Source of the DNA: an uncultured bacterium
Lineage (GTDB): Bacteria > Babelota > Babeliae > Babelales > Babelaceae
Direction of reading: 5' to 3'
Length of the DNA stretch: 64,000 nt
Assembly (NCBI GenBank): GCA_963824495.1
Contig: CAWGPQ010000005.1
Location: 1 to 64,000, forward strand
Shown here: positions 1-10,383 of the stretch, one piece after another
How positions within the stretch are numbered: the first letter of the stretch is position 1
Layout: each line of letters begins with the position of its first letter
Notes under the pieces: model-generated
What the model was told of the DNA's origin: nothing
The model's input: the letters and a program-made list of their open reading frames with translations, nothing else
Database searches by the model: none
Made by a program: the position numbers and the translations under genes

Positions 1-559
1 ATCGGGGAACCGGCAACCGCCGCCAGGATCGTCGAGACGGCGCTGTCTCGCTTCAAGTCGATCGACGCGCTGGTCAATAACGCCGGCATCTTCTTCACCA
101 AGCCGTTCACGGACTACACGGCCGAGGACTTCAGGTCGCTCGTCTCGACGAACGTCGAGGGCTTCCTGTACCTCACCCAACTGGTCGTCAAGCAAATGTT
201 GGCGCAGAAGACCGGCGGGAGCATCGTGACCATAACCGCTGCGCTGGCAGCAAATCCGATCGCTGGCGTGACGGCCTCAGTACCAATGATCACCAAGGGT
301 GGTCTCGATACGATTACAAAGCACCTGGCGATGGAGTATGCGAAGGACGGGATTCGCTTCAACGCCGTCGCTCCGGGCGTCGTCGATACGCCGCTTCACA
401 AAAACGACCCGAAAGAAGTCCTTCTATCACTAAACCCGATGGGCGTCCTTTCGAGCGTTGCCGACATTGTGGACGCGGTCATGTATTTGACCGAAGCGCA
501 CACCGTTACTGGAGAAATCCTGAACGTCGATGGCGGCGCTCATATCGGGCCGCTGGTAA
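1..559 (+). CDS. Short-chain dehydrogenase/reductase (5'-truncated; likely 1-nt frameshift just before the stop)
   Basis: Frame 1 reads LVNNAG...RFNAVAPGVVDT...VTGEILNVDGG. Removing one G at ~547-549 gives HIGRW* with TAA at 557-559. Confidence 0.85.
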
Positions 560-577
560 TTGAAAGGAGCTTCCGTC

Positions 578-1054
578 ATGACCACAAACTCAGCGTCCGC
601 CGAGGACCGGCTTGCCAAGCTCGGCATCAAGCTCCCGGCGCCGCCGGAGCCGTTTGGCACCTACGCGGAAGCGGTGCAGACGGGCAATCTGCTTTTTCTG
701 ACCGGGATGCTTCCCACGGAAGGCCGCGGGGCGAAATTCATTGGGCGCGTCGGCGCGGAGCTCGATGTGGAAGCGGGGCGCAAGGCGGCTCACCTCGCGG
801 CGCTCAACGCCCTCGCGGTTGCGAGGCAGCATTTGGGATCGCTCGACAAGGTGACGCGGATCGTCCGGCTCGGCGTGTCGATGGCCACTTCGGGAGATGT
901 CCGCGATCAGCCGAAAGTCGCTGACGCCGCTTCGGAGTTGCTGCAAGACGTCTTCGGAAAAGACAAGAACCCTTGCCGCCTGGTGTATGGCGTCGCCAGT
1001 CTTCCGCTCGGCACCCCGGTCGAGCTGGAAGTCATTTTCGAGGTGGCGGGGTAA
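578..1054 (+). CDS. RidA/YjgF/UK114 family protein
   Basis: LGIKLPAPP...GNLLFLTGMLP...GVASLPLGTPVELE. AAGGAG ribosome-binding site precedes ATG 578. Confidence 0.9.
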   Translation: MTTNSASAEDRLAKLGIKLPAPPEPFGTYAEAVQTGNLLFLTGMLPTEGRGAKFIGRVGAELDVEAGRKAAHLAALNALAVARQHLGSLDKVTRIVRLGVSMATSGDVRDQPKVADAASELLQDVFGKDKNPCRLVYGVASLPLGTPVELEVIFEVAG

Positions 1055-1142
1055 TGTCTTACGAAAGTGAGTCGTTGCGCCACTCATCGGCAAGCCCCTC
1101 TTGCGGGGTTCAGGCAAAGGTGGCACAGATAGATAATTGAGG

Positions 1143-1220
1143 TTGAATATGATGGAAAGTGCATTGAACATGATGGAAAAAGATTTGAACGTGATGGAAG
1201 GTGGTTTGACCGTGATCCAG
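1143..1220 (+). repeat. Degenerate 21-bp tandem repeat (about 3.7 copies)
   Basis: ttgaatatgatggaaagtgca / ttgaacatgatggaaaaagat / ttgaacgtgatggaaggtggt / ttgaccgtgatccag. Confidence 0.75.
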
Positions 1221-1628
1221 CGGGTGGCAATCTGCTTCGCGGCGGGGGTTGTAGGCGCACTGGCCGTGGTCCTTTTCAGCCACGTCCTGTTTGGCGTTGG
1301 GGCTTAGCGCGGCACTCGGGGTAAAGGCCCCGGTCTCCTTGAAATCGCCGGATATATACAAGCCGCTCTTCTGGGGCGGGCTGTGGGGTATCCCGTTCGG
1401 GCTCTTTATAAAGACCGCCTGGAATGCGGCTGTACCTCTTCGGCCTGCTATACTTCCTGGCTCCGGTGCTGGCGCTGTTTGTGATCTTCCTGCCGATGAG
1501 CGGCGCGGGGTATTTCGGGCTTCGAGCGGGCGGGCCGACTGTTCACGGTTTACCTGCTGCTGGTAAATCTGCCGTTCGGGATAATCACCGCTTTGGCCGC
1601 AAGGGCGATAATAGGGAAGAAAGTGTAA
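1149..1628 (+). CDS. Small multi-pass membrane protein (several frameshifts)
   Basis: Hydrophobic segments continue across frames: FAAGVVGALAVVLFSH / YKPLFWGGLWGIPF / LYFLAPVLALFVIFLPM / LLVNLPFGIITA. Confidence 0.6.
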
Positions 1629-1674
1629 GTGGAGCGAGACACCGGCCTCAGCGCGGCAAAGCCGCAGCCGAGCC

Positions 1675-1784
1675 GGCGCGCGGACATTCTTGTCCGCAGC
1701 AAGGTGGAGCGGTGCGCGTGGCATAGACGTTTTCGGAGCCGCGGTGCGTTCGGAAGTTGCTGCGGACAAGAATGTCCGCGCGCC
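1675..1784. repeat. REP-like doublet (REPIN/BIME-like): two inverted 28-bp palindromic units
   Basis: 1675-1702 ggcgcgcggacattcttgtccgcagcaa is the exact reverse complement of 1757-1784. Each unit has a gcggaca/tgtccgc hairpin. It lies between convergent genes. Confidence 0.85.
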
Positions 1785-1840
1785 GACCTGTGGGCAGTTC
1801 CTCGCGGGCTGCGAACAACGTCCACGATTGCATTACGGGG

Positions 1841-3159
1841 TCAGCGTCCTGTCGCCCGGTAACGTGTGGCCAGCTTCTGTGGGCTTACGCCCAGGTGATA
1901 GCCCGCCAGCATCCACTGATTGCGGAGGGTGGTGCGCACAACTCCCAGTGTCTGCCAGCGCCGAGCGGAAGTCAGGGCGGCCTCGCCAACGGTGACAATC
2001 CGTCCGCGCCGGCGCAGGCGGGCCGCGAATTCATAATCTTCCATGATCGGCAGGTCGGCGAAGCCGCCCATTTCCTCAAACAGGGCCCTGGCGAGGAAGA
2101 GCCCCTGGTCGCCGTAGGGTCGCTGCAGCCAGCGTGAGCGGAGGCCAGTGGTCCACTCAATGAAGGACTTGCCCGCAAAACTCCCCGCGATGCGGAAGCG
2201 GAAGGCGCCCGCGGCCACGCCGGGCGCGCGCAGCGTTCGGGGAACCACCTCGGCCCATCCTGGTGGAAGGAGAGTATCCGCGTGCAAGAACAGCAACGAG
2301 CCTCCCTCGGCTCGGGCCGCTCCCGCGTTCATCTGGCGCGCGCGACCGGGCTTCGAAGCTGAGGACGGTCACCCCTGCCTCCTTCGCGCGCTGCACGGTG
2401 GCATCGGTGCTGCCGCCGTCAACGACGATAACCTCGTGACACGGACTTTGCCCGACCGCACGCAGCGTGGCGGCGATATGGCGTTCTTCGTTCAGCGCCG
2501 GGATGATGACGGAGACCCGGTCCAGGCACGCGTCTTCGGATGCCGCAATTCGGCGCCAGGCGGGCAGGTCTTCAGGCCGGTCAATGTCCTCCAACGGGTC
2601 CAACAAGGCGGGCTTGCAGCCCCGGCGCTGGAGCACGGCCAACGAATCGGCCAGCACCCGGTCCGTGCCCCAAGGGATGCCGCGGAACAATTCCGGCATC
2701 GGACGGCTCAGGCCGATGAGGTAATAACCCCCGTCCCGGGCCGGCCCCAGCACCACCGGGGTTTCCGTCAAACGGGCGAAGGCCGCCGTGATGACGTCCG
2801 GGCTGAGGCCGGGACAATCGCTGCCGATGATAACCGTAGCGGTTGAGCCGGTGCGAAAGCTCTCCTCAAATGCGCCGGCCATGCGCTCGCCCAGGTCGCC
2901 GGCCCCCTGCGGCAGAAAGCGCGCACCATCTCCCAGCCAATGACTCATCGCCTGCTCCGTGCCGCCGTCAAAGCGCACTTCCAAGTCCGCGGACACGGCC
3001 CGGCAGGCTTTGCTGCGCAGTGCGCAGGGTGCGCAATACCAGCCGGCGATGCAGCGCCGCCGCCCCCTCGGCGCCCAGGGCGGGAATCAGGCGGGTCTTG
3101 GCCCGGCCGGGGACCGGGTAGCGCGCAAAGAGTATCAGGCGTTTGCGGACTTCGCTCAT
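1841..3159 (-). CDS. Fused TIGR04282-like (DUF2064) + TIGR04283-like GT2 glycosyltransferase, arsenosugar-cluster type (2 frameshifts)
   Basis: LILFARYPVPGRAKTRL; QGAGDLGERM; IIGSDCP; LGPARDGGYYLIG; DIDRPED; then VSVIIPALNEE, VVDGGSTD, LFLHADT, PYGDQG, PIMEDYE. Confidence 0.85.
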
Positions 3160-3171
3160 GCAGGTAGCGCC

Positions 3172-5466
3172 TCAGCTTCTCTGCCACGCCAGCCAGCGCC
3201 CCATCCACTTCTTCACCGTCGGGGTCAGCCGGGTCCGATTGTAGGCATCGCCGCACTGGCGGATCGCCTCCGCCTGCGTCGGGTACGGATGAATGACGGA
3301 GGCCAGTTTGCCCAGGCCAATGCGAGCCGCCATCGCCACGCTGATTTCACCGATCATCTCCGCCGGCATGGCGTGCCACGATGGTTGCCCCAAGGATCTC
3401 ATCGCGACCCTTCCTGACGTGGAGTTTCACGAAACCAGCCTCCTCACTGTCCACGACAGCGCGGTCCACTTCCTTGAACTCGCGCACATAGGTGTCCACC
3501 TCCAGGCCGCGTTCGCGGGCGTCGTGCTCGTAGAGGCCAACGTGCGCAATCTCCGGGTCCGTGTAAGTGCACCAGGGCATCGTGAGGGCGCTGGCCTTCT
3601 TGTGGCCAAGGAACAGGGCATTCTGAATCACGATGCGGGCGGCGAAATCGGCGGCATGCGTGAATTTCCAGGCCATGCAGACATCGCCGGCAGCATAGAT
3701 GCGCGGGTTGCTGGTTTGGAGGCAATCATTCACCAGGACGCCCTTGCGCGGATCATACTGCACGCCGGCAGCCTCCAGATTGAGCCCCTCGACGTTCGGT
3801 GCCCGGCCGGCTCCGGCCAGGATCTCATCCACGGCGACGCTCTCTTCTTTGCCCTGCGTTTCATACCAGACGACCTTGCTGCCGTTACGCTCCACGCGCG
3901 TGATCCTGGCGTTGAGCCGCAACGCCACACCTTCGCGGATGAAGGCCTGCTGCACGAGCGCGGCGGCCTCCATGTCCTCCCGATCGAGCAGGTGCGCGTG
4001 CTTGTGGAAGATGCTGACCTGGGAACCCAGCCGCTGGAGGGCCTGCGCCATCTCACAGCCGACGGGTCCGCCGCCTATAACCGCCAGCCTCGCCGGACGT
4101 TGGGTAAGGCTGAACACCGTCTCGTTGGTCAGGTAACCCGCCTCCGCCAATCCCGGGATGGGCGGTTGCGTGGCGCGCGCGCCGGTCGCGATGACCGCCC
4201 GTTTGAAACGCAGACTCGTCCCCCCGACTTGCACCGTGTCCGGTCCGGTGAAATGGGCCTCGCCCAGGAACACATCCACGCCCAGCTTCGCAAAGCGCTG
4301 GGCCGAATCGTGCGGACTGATATCGGCGCGGAGCTTGCGCATCCGCTCCATGACGGCCGGGAAGTCCACCTGCGCCGCCTCCGCCACCCGCACGCCGAAA
4401 TGGCCCGGCATCCCTCACATCGAACGCAGCGCGCGAGGCGCGAATGACGGCCTTGGAGGGAACGCAACCCACAGTCAGGCAGTCTCCGCCCAGCAGATAC
4501 TTCTCAACCAGCGCCACCTTCGCTCCGAGACCCGCGGCGCCCGCCGCCGTCGACCAGCCCGGCCGTCCCCGCGCCAATGACGACCAGGTTGTAACAGGGC
4601 GCCGGGGTCGGGTTATGCCACTGCGGCGGGTGGAGATTGGAAACGAGCCGCGTATTGTGCGCGTCCATCGGCGTGACCAGGACGGGCTCCGTGTGGTCGC
4701 TCACGCTCTCCGCCCGTTGCTGCGCAGGCGCGCTGCTGCTGATCTTCGCCGCCAGCGCCTTCCTCGCCAGGCGCGTCACAAACACCGTCACCGCCACCGT
4801 GGCCAGCAGGCCGACGCCGTATAAAACCCACTCGCCGGTCGTGCGCTGCCGATGACCCGCGCCGACATTGACCAGCGACCCGAGATAAACATACATCACC
4901 GTGCCCGGCATCATGCCGATCCACGAAGCCAGCACATAGTGGCTCAGCTTCACCCGCGTCAGGCCAAACGCATAGTTCAGCAGCGTGAACGGGAAGACCG
5001 GCGAGAGGCGCGTCAGGAACACGATCTTCCATCCCTCATCGGCCACCGCCCGGTCAATGGCGGCGAACTTCTCGTTCCTCTCGATCTTCCGCGCGATGGC
5101 ATCGCGCGCCAGATAGCGGCCCACCAGAAACGCCGCCGTCGCGCCCAGCGTGGCGCTAATGGACACACAGACCGAGCCCAGGACCACGCCGAACACGGCG
5201 CCGGCCCCAAGCGTGAGCACCGACCCCGGAACGAACAACACCGTCGCCACCACGTAGAGGCCGACGAAAATCACCGGCCCCCACGGCCCAAGCTTGCCAA
5301 TCCAGTCCAGCGCTTCCTTCAACAGGTCCTGGACATGGAAGTATTTCACCGCCAGCACGATGGCGACGGCGGCCGTTGCGTAGAGAACCCACTTCCAGCG
5401 GGAGCTGATGTTGGAAGAGGCGGGTTGCGACCGCGCGATGGCGCCGGTTTCCGGTTGAGTCTGCAT
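3172..5466 (-). CDS. TVP38/TMEM64 (DedA) membrane domain fused to MerA/Lpd-like FAD disulfide oxidoreductase (about 3 frameshifts)
   Basis: LTRLSPVFPFTLLNY (DedA), then VVIGAGTAG, GGDCLTVGCVPSK (redox CxxxxC), VIGGGPVG, AAGDV, IHPYPT. Confidence 0.85.
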
Positions 5467-5612
5467 GGGATGAATACTTTTGGACAACATACCTTCGCAA
5501 TAGAGGCCAAGCCGCTTGCGCATCTTATTTAGCCTCAGATGCCAGGCGGCGAGGGCCATCCTCCCGGGTGTCGCTCTTCACGCTTCATGCATCACGCTTC
5601 ACGTTTCACGGC

Positions 5613-5729
5613 TTAGGCGGTCACGACCCTCTGCAGCGCCCCACCGCAACTGCTGCCGCAGCCCGCAGTGCAGGCCAGGCAATGTGCACCTGTGCGGACA
5701 GCCCAACCCTCCAGCAGTTCCGGCGTCAC
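5613..5729 (-). pseudogene. C-terminal remnant of ArsS-like radical SAM/Cys-rich protein
   Basis: VRTGAHCLACTAGCGSSCGGAL resembles the C-terminal signature of TIGR04167/DUF3641 proteins, as recalled. The neighbouring genes fit that cluster. Confidence 0.7.
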
Positions 5730-5983
5730 GTCCACCGAGACTTTGGCGCTGAGGATGATGACGGGCGTGCGGATTTTCTGGCTGCGCAACCGCTGGATGA
5801 AACTCAATCCGTCCAGTTTGGGCAGCATGACATCGACCACCGCCGCGTCGTAGGGGTCGTTTCGGCCAAAACAAGCGCCTCTTCGCCGTCGGCGCAGCGA
5901 TCCACGGCATAGCCGGCCTGCTTCAGCCCTTTGGCGATAAAAGAGGCGATCTTGTTGTCATCCTCGACGACCAGAATGCGCAT
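5730..5983 (-). pseudogene. OmpR-type response regulator, receiver-domain fragment (frameshifted, 3'-truncated)
   Basis: MRILVVEDDNKIASFIAKGL...VVDVMLPKLDG...TPVIILSAK, then an abrupt switch to unrelated sequence. Confidence 0.8.
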
Positions 5984-6034
5984 GTCGTAGTTCATCTTAC
6001 GTCTTGGCGGGCAATTCACAATTCCTTCCGCCGC

Positions 6035-6077
6035 AAAAAAGCTCTCCCGCGCCGCCTATCGCGGAGCGCGGGAGAGC
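6035..6077 (-). terminator. Rho-independent terminator after the DegP-like gene
   Basis: 12-bp stem gctctcccgcgc/gcgcgggagagc followed by T6 on the minus strand. Confidence 0.75.
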
Positions 6078-6099
6078 CATCCATCATTGAGGCGCGGGT

Positions 6100-6545
6100 T
6101 CAGCTTGCGTTGCTCTCATCCACCACCATGTAGTGGCTGCCCTCCTTGCTCCAGACATGGAGCAGGGTTGCTTTGGATTTGGCGGCTCGAGTCAAATGCA
6201 CCGCATCGTCGGCTGCTTGGAGACGGCGTGATGATTGATTTCCGTGATCACATCCCCCGCCGTTGAGGCCCGCCTCGGCCGAGGCCGAGTTGGGGTCGAC
6301 TTCCGTCACCACCGCGCCCTTGATGTTGTCAGGAATGTTGAACTGTTGCCGGCTCCGGGCATTCGGTGTCGGCCACGGCGACGCCGTGGAGGGCGTCCGA
6401 GGCTTCGGCGTTTTGGGAGGGGCTGCCGGCAAGTTCCGGCCTGCTGGACTTCGGCTCAACTCGGCAATCGAGCAGTTTTTGGAGTGCCGAACCGAAGAGG
6501 TCCAGTGTGACGCGCTGACCGGGGGATGTTGCGCCGACTTCGCCT
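6100..6545 (-). CDS. DegP/Do serine protease, C-terminal PDZ fragment (5'-truncated, frameshifted)
   Basis: VGATSPGQRVTL...QQFNIPDNIKGAVVTEVDPNSASAEAGL...TLLHVWSKEGSHYMVV. Confidence 0.75.
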
Positions 6546-6847
6546 ATAATGCTCATGTCGAACGATTATGGCGTACTATAAAGTACGAAAACGTTTACCT
6601 GCACAGTTTTGATACTGTGGATCAGGCTCGAGTAGCTTTGCGGAGCTATGTTGATTTTTATAATCAAAAACGACCTCATCAGGCGCTTAACTATCACACG
6701 CCAAACCTCATTTTCGCTTTAAGAGTTGTGCCTACAAGACAACAGTTATTTGCACAATTTAAGTTACAAAACCAGTCTAACCCTTTGGAGGTTAACATGA
6801 CTCCTAAATAAATCTATTTTCGTGTCTTAACGCAGGGGGTCACTATA
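6546..6847 (+). mobile_element. IS3-family element, 3' fragment (transposase end at 6811 plus probable right inverted repeat)
   Basis: NAHVERLWRTIKYE...YVDFYNQKRPHQALNYHTP integrase-core tail. tgtcttaacgcagggggtcactata (~6823-6847) resembles an IS3 end. Confidence 0.85.
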
Positions 6848-6985
6848 GAGAGGGTGGACACACAATAACGTTTAAGACTAAACAAGAGATGGAAATAGCT
6901 TTCTTTATTGACGAGAATTGTGTAATACATACAATTTTTCCCATGGACCCAGATAAACAACCTAAAGAACAACAAAAAATTTAAA

Positions 6986-8232
6986 ATGAACATAATTACG
7001 TATACTTTATTACTAAGGCGAAGATCTTATTGTTGTTCGGCTTACGAAGTTAATGAGCAAGAGACATCATCAGAATTACTAGCTCTTGGCGAATATTTAG
7101 AAGAATGTGATGTGGGATACCTTTACACTGAATCTATTAAGGAGTTCATGAACTATCCTGAGCTTCGTAATACCGACAGATATAAACTATCAAGAGGTAT
7201 GCATATAAGAAAACGAGACAAAGATGTTATAATATATCATCCCGAGCACAAATTCAGCAAATTTCGATTGCCTAAAGATAAATTTATGTTCTTAATTGAC
7301 CAGTTACTTTCTTTTTATCCCTCTCTATTCGATGGTATACTTATAACAGTAGATACTTTCTATAACTTTACTGTAACCCCCCAAGGTAAACCTCATCGTT
7401 GTGCAAAGTGTAATCTAGGTTCCTCTGCTTATAAGTATGAACTACGCTTAAAGCGAGGGAGCAATCGTTGCAATGGTTACTACATAAGAGATCAGCAGCT
7501 ACTATCGTCAGAGACAATCGCTTTTGGTGAATTTTTTATTGACCAAGATCCCCACGACATCCGAGACTTTCTTGAAGATAACAATCGACAGGATTATAAT
7601 ATACATAATAAGTTTGAAATTCAGTTCAAAAAGGAAGGCAATAATATTGTCTTGTATGACGAGCTTACGCCCTCTCTTCAGTTTCGAATGCCTTTAGATA
7701 AGTTTAGGCTCCTCTTCAACCAATGGTTTAAAGTTTATCATGATTTACCCGAAGTTATAGATATAACTATTGATAATAAGAACAACCCTTGTGTAAAATC
7801 GCGTGGTGAATGTCATAGATGTTCATCTTGTGCTATTGGCCGCTTCCAGTCTGGCATAACGTATACGCTTTTATTCAAGAGAGGGCGCAATAAATCTTCT
7901 TATGTAGTAAGTGAAGAAGAAACATCTCCAGAAATCAAAGTTCTAGCTAGCGTTTTAAGTGGGTAGGCATTAACCACATTAAAGAGTTTGTTGATAGCCC
8001 TGAAATATATTCTACAGGATTAGATGATATTCATATTTTAAAATATGGTAAAGAAATCTTAACTTCTTACGAATACAGCAATTTCTACTTGCGCATCCCT
8101 CAAGATAAATTTAAAAATTTTATCATCAACCAGCTGTATCCGGTATACTTGAAGCTACCTGATGGCATACTTGTAACAATGGACAATGAATATAACTTTA
8201 CCGTAACAGCTCAAGATGAGCTTCATGGATGA
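6986..8232 (+). CDS. Hypothetical protein with three copies of a ~135-aa repeat domain (frameshift at ~7962)
   Basis: ORF 6986-7966 continues in another frame as VGINHIKEFVDSPE...LRIPQDKF...PDGILVTMDNEYNFTVTAQ to TGA 8230-8232. Confidence 0.75.
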
Positions 8233-8499
8233 TTGTATCTTTGTGATAAGTCTGACACTTTGTAATAGCTAACTGAACAACACTTCAGAACACCGTCATA
8301 TATAGTATTAATAGGTACGTTTTTTTTAAATTTTTGGTGCTAATATAATTGAGATAGAGTCCGAAGATGGACATGGACACACGGTAACATTTGAAACTGA
8401 TCAACAAATGCAAATAAAATTTTTTATTAACGATGATTGTTTTATAGAGACCATATACCCGTTGTATCCTGAGACAGCTTAAGCAGGCTGAAAATAACC

Positions 8500-8904
8500 G
8501 TGCGTATATTAGTTTTAGAGCGCAACTCGCAGCATAGTCGAAGCTATAGCATAAACGGCGGAGAAACAAAGGGACTGGGTATTCTCGGCGAAATTTTATT
8601 AGGTCAATCTTCAGCAGATTTAAGAAACTTCCTTAATGATCCAGGGAATAGAAGAGATGGGTTAGATTGCAATGATATCAGGAAGAGAGGAAATGGTCTA
8701 ATATTGGGGTCAGAGTTTGGTTATCGTACCGAATTACGGTTTGACAAAGATAAATTTGCTAACCTTTTAGATCAATGGGATGCTGTTTACCCTAAATTGC
8801 CTGATAAAATTCTTATCACCGTAGACAAAAAAGGCAATTTTACCGTAACACCTCAAGGCAAGCTTAACGGATGTCCAAACTGTAACGCACACGGCTTTGT
8901 TTAA
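8500..8904 (+). CDS. Hypothetical protein, one copy of the repeat domain
   Basis: DKF...LLDQW..VYPKLPDKILITVD...FTVTPQG...CPNC. Confidence 0.75.
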   Translation: MRILVLERNSQHSRSYSINGGETKGLGILGEILLGQSSADLRNFLNDPGNRRDGLDCNDIRKRGNGLILGSEFGYRTELRFDKDKFANLLDQWDAVYPKLPDKILITVDKKGNFTVTPQGKLNGCPNCNAHGFV

Positions 8905-8916
8905 ATGAGATGCATC

Positions 8917-9342
8917 ATGATACTCTATACTTTAGCTTTAAAATGGGAGGGATGCCCAGGCGAATCACGACGTTACAAGATTATAGTTGAGAAAAGTTCG
9001 TCATATATAGCTATTATTGGCAAAGCTCTCATAAACAATTATTGCGAGCATCTTAAAAAGTTTCTTAACAATTCAGCCGAAACAACTATAAAAGGTTGTT
9101 ACGGTATTTGTTTAAAAAAAGTTGGGCATGAGATAGCATTCTATGATAACGGTGGCCCGCCGTGCCTCTTACGATTGCCTATTGATAAGTTTATAGTAGT
9201 ATTTGATCAATGGTATGTACAGTATAAGCAATTAATGGATATCATACTTATAACCATGGATGATACGTATACCTTTACCGTAAAAGCTGAAGGCATATCT
9301 CAAAGGTGTGCCATGTGTTCTGGAACTGGTTGCTTATCATAA
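8917..9342 (+). CDS. Hypothetical protein, one copy of the repeat domain
   Basis: YTLALK...RLPIDKF...DQW..QY...DIILITMDDTYTFTVKAEG...CAMC. Confidence 0.75.
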   Translation: MILYTLALKWEGCPGESRRYKIIVEKSSSYIAIIGKALINNYCEHLKKFLNNSAETTIKGCYGICLKKVGHEIAFYDNGGPPCLLRLPIDKFIVVFDQWYVQYKQLMDIILITMDDTYTFTVKAEGISQRCAMCSGTGCLS

Positions 9343-9377
9343 AATATAGCTAAAATAGAGCAAGGCACAAACAGCTA

Positions 9378-10271
9378 TGTAGGTATTTATCCTTGAGTAT
9401 TGGTTCGAAAGTTGTAGAGATTATTATCTCAGCAATGAAGAAGCGCTATCATTTGAGCAGGTTGTTTTCGGTGAGCTTCTTGCTGAGATATACCCAGAAA
9501 GTTTAATAGACTTTATTCTTTATTCTAACAAAAAAAGTACTTTCCGTGGGTGCAGGCGATATAAAGATTAAAAGAGAGAATAATTACATTATTGCATACG
9601 ATCGGGATAAATCTTCAGCCCAATTTCGTATACCTCAAGATACATTTGTGCTTTTACTTCATGATCTGGGTACAGTCTATGAACAACGCCCAACTACCAT
9701 ACGCATAACTCTCGATGATACTTACAAGTGTATTATTACACCGCAAGGCGAAATAACCCACACCTGCTCATTCTGTACGAGAGATCGCTTATTTTACAAT
9801 GATGTAACCTATACTGCGTTACTGAAGCGATGGTCTTTTGATTGCAATCGATACTCTGTAAGCAGGCAAGATTCTGACCCTCAACTAGAGCCTCTCTGTA
9901 ACATGTTAAATATAGACACATCCGAGGCCTTTAGAAAGTTTCTTAGTAATCCTAATAAGCACATGCGTATGTATGCAAGTATCAGAGATAGCGATAATCA
10001 TACGTCTTTTGCGTACAGGATTAAAAAAGTGCACTCAAACGTAGTAATCCAAGAGGGTAACAAAATTCAAATTCCTCAAGATAAGTTTATTGGTTTGATT
10101 GATCAATTTAACCAGGTCTATATTGATAGACCCGATACAATACAAGTAATAATGCGTCCAGGGTACCTATTCGAGATCAAATCTCAAGGTGAGCCTCATA
10201 TTTGCCAAAACTGCAGCAAAAAAAAGATATATTTTAAAGCAAAAGATTTTAGTATTAATAAGCAGGCTTAA
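9378..10271 (+). CDS. Hypothetical protein, two copies of the repeat domain (disrupted 5' end)
   Basis: Upstream frame VFILEYWFESCRDYYLSNEE...FGELL shifts at ~9546 into ORF 9546-10271, whose domains end in CSFC and CQNC. Confidence 0.7.
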
Positions 10272-10383
10272 AAAATATTCACTTAAAAAATGTTCAAAAG
10301 ATAAGCTTTGTATCTGTCGGTATTTTTTGCTATAGTTGCAGGCACAAGATTATGAGAGCGGATAGACCTTTTAGAGAGAGTGT

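Noticed and set aside
2148..5532. Long plus-strand ORFs in the high-GC part
   Set aside because: Antisense shadows of recognisable minus-strand genes.
1..6545. Programmed frameshifting in the many split genes
   Set aside because: Shifts affect almost every gene at arbitrary positions, often in short homopolymers, which is typical of sequencing error.
8230..8232. TGA at a conserved Cys position read as selenocysteine
   Set aside because: No evident SECIS hairpin, spacing to the next Cys is off, and the same gene already has a frameshift. Decay is more likely.
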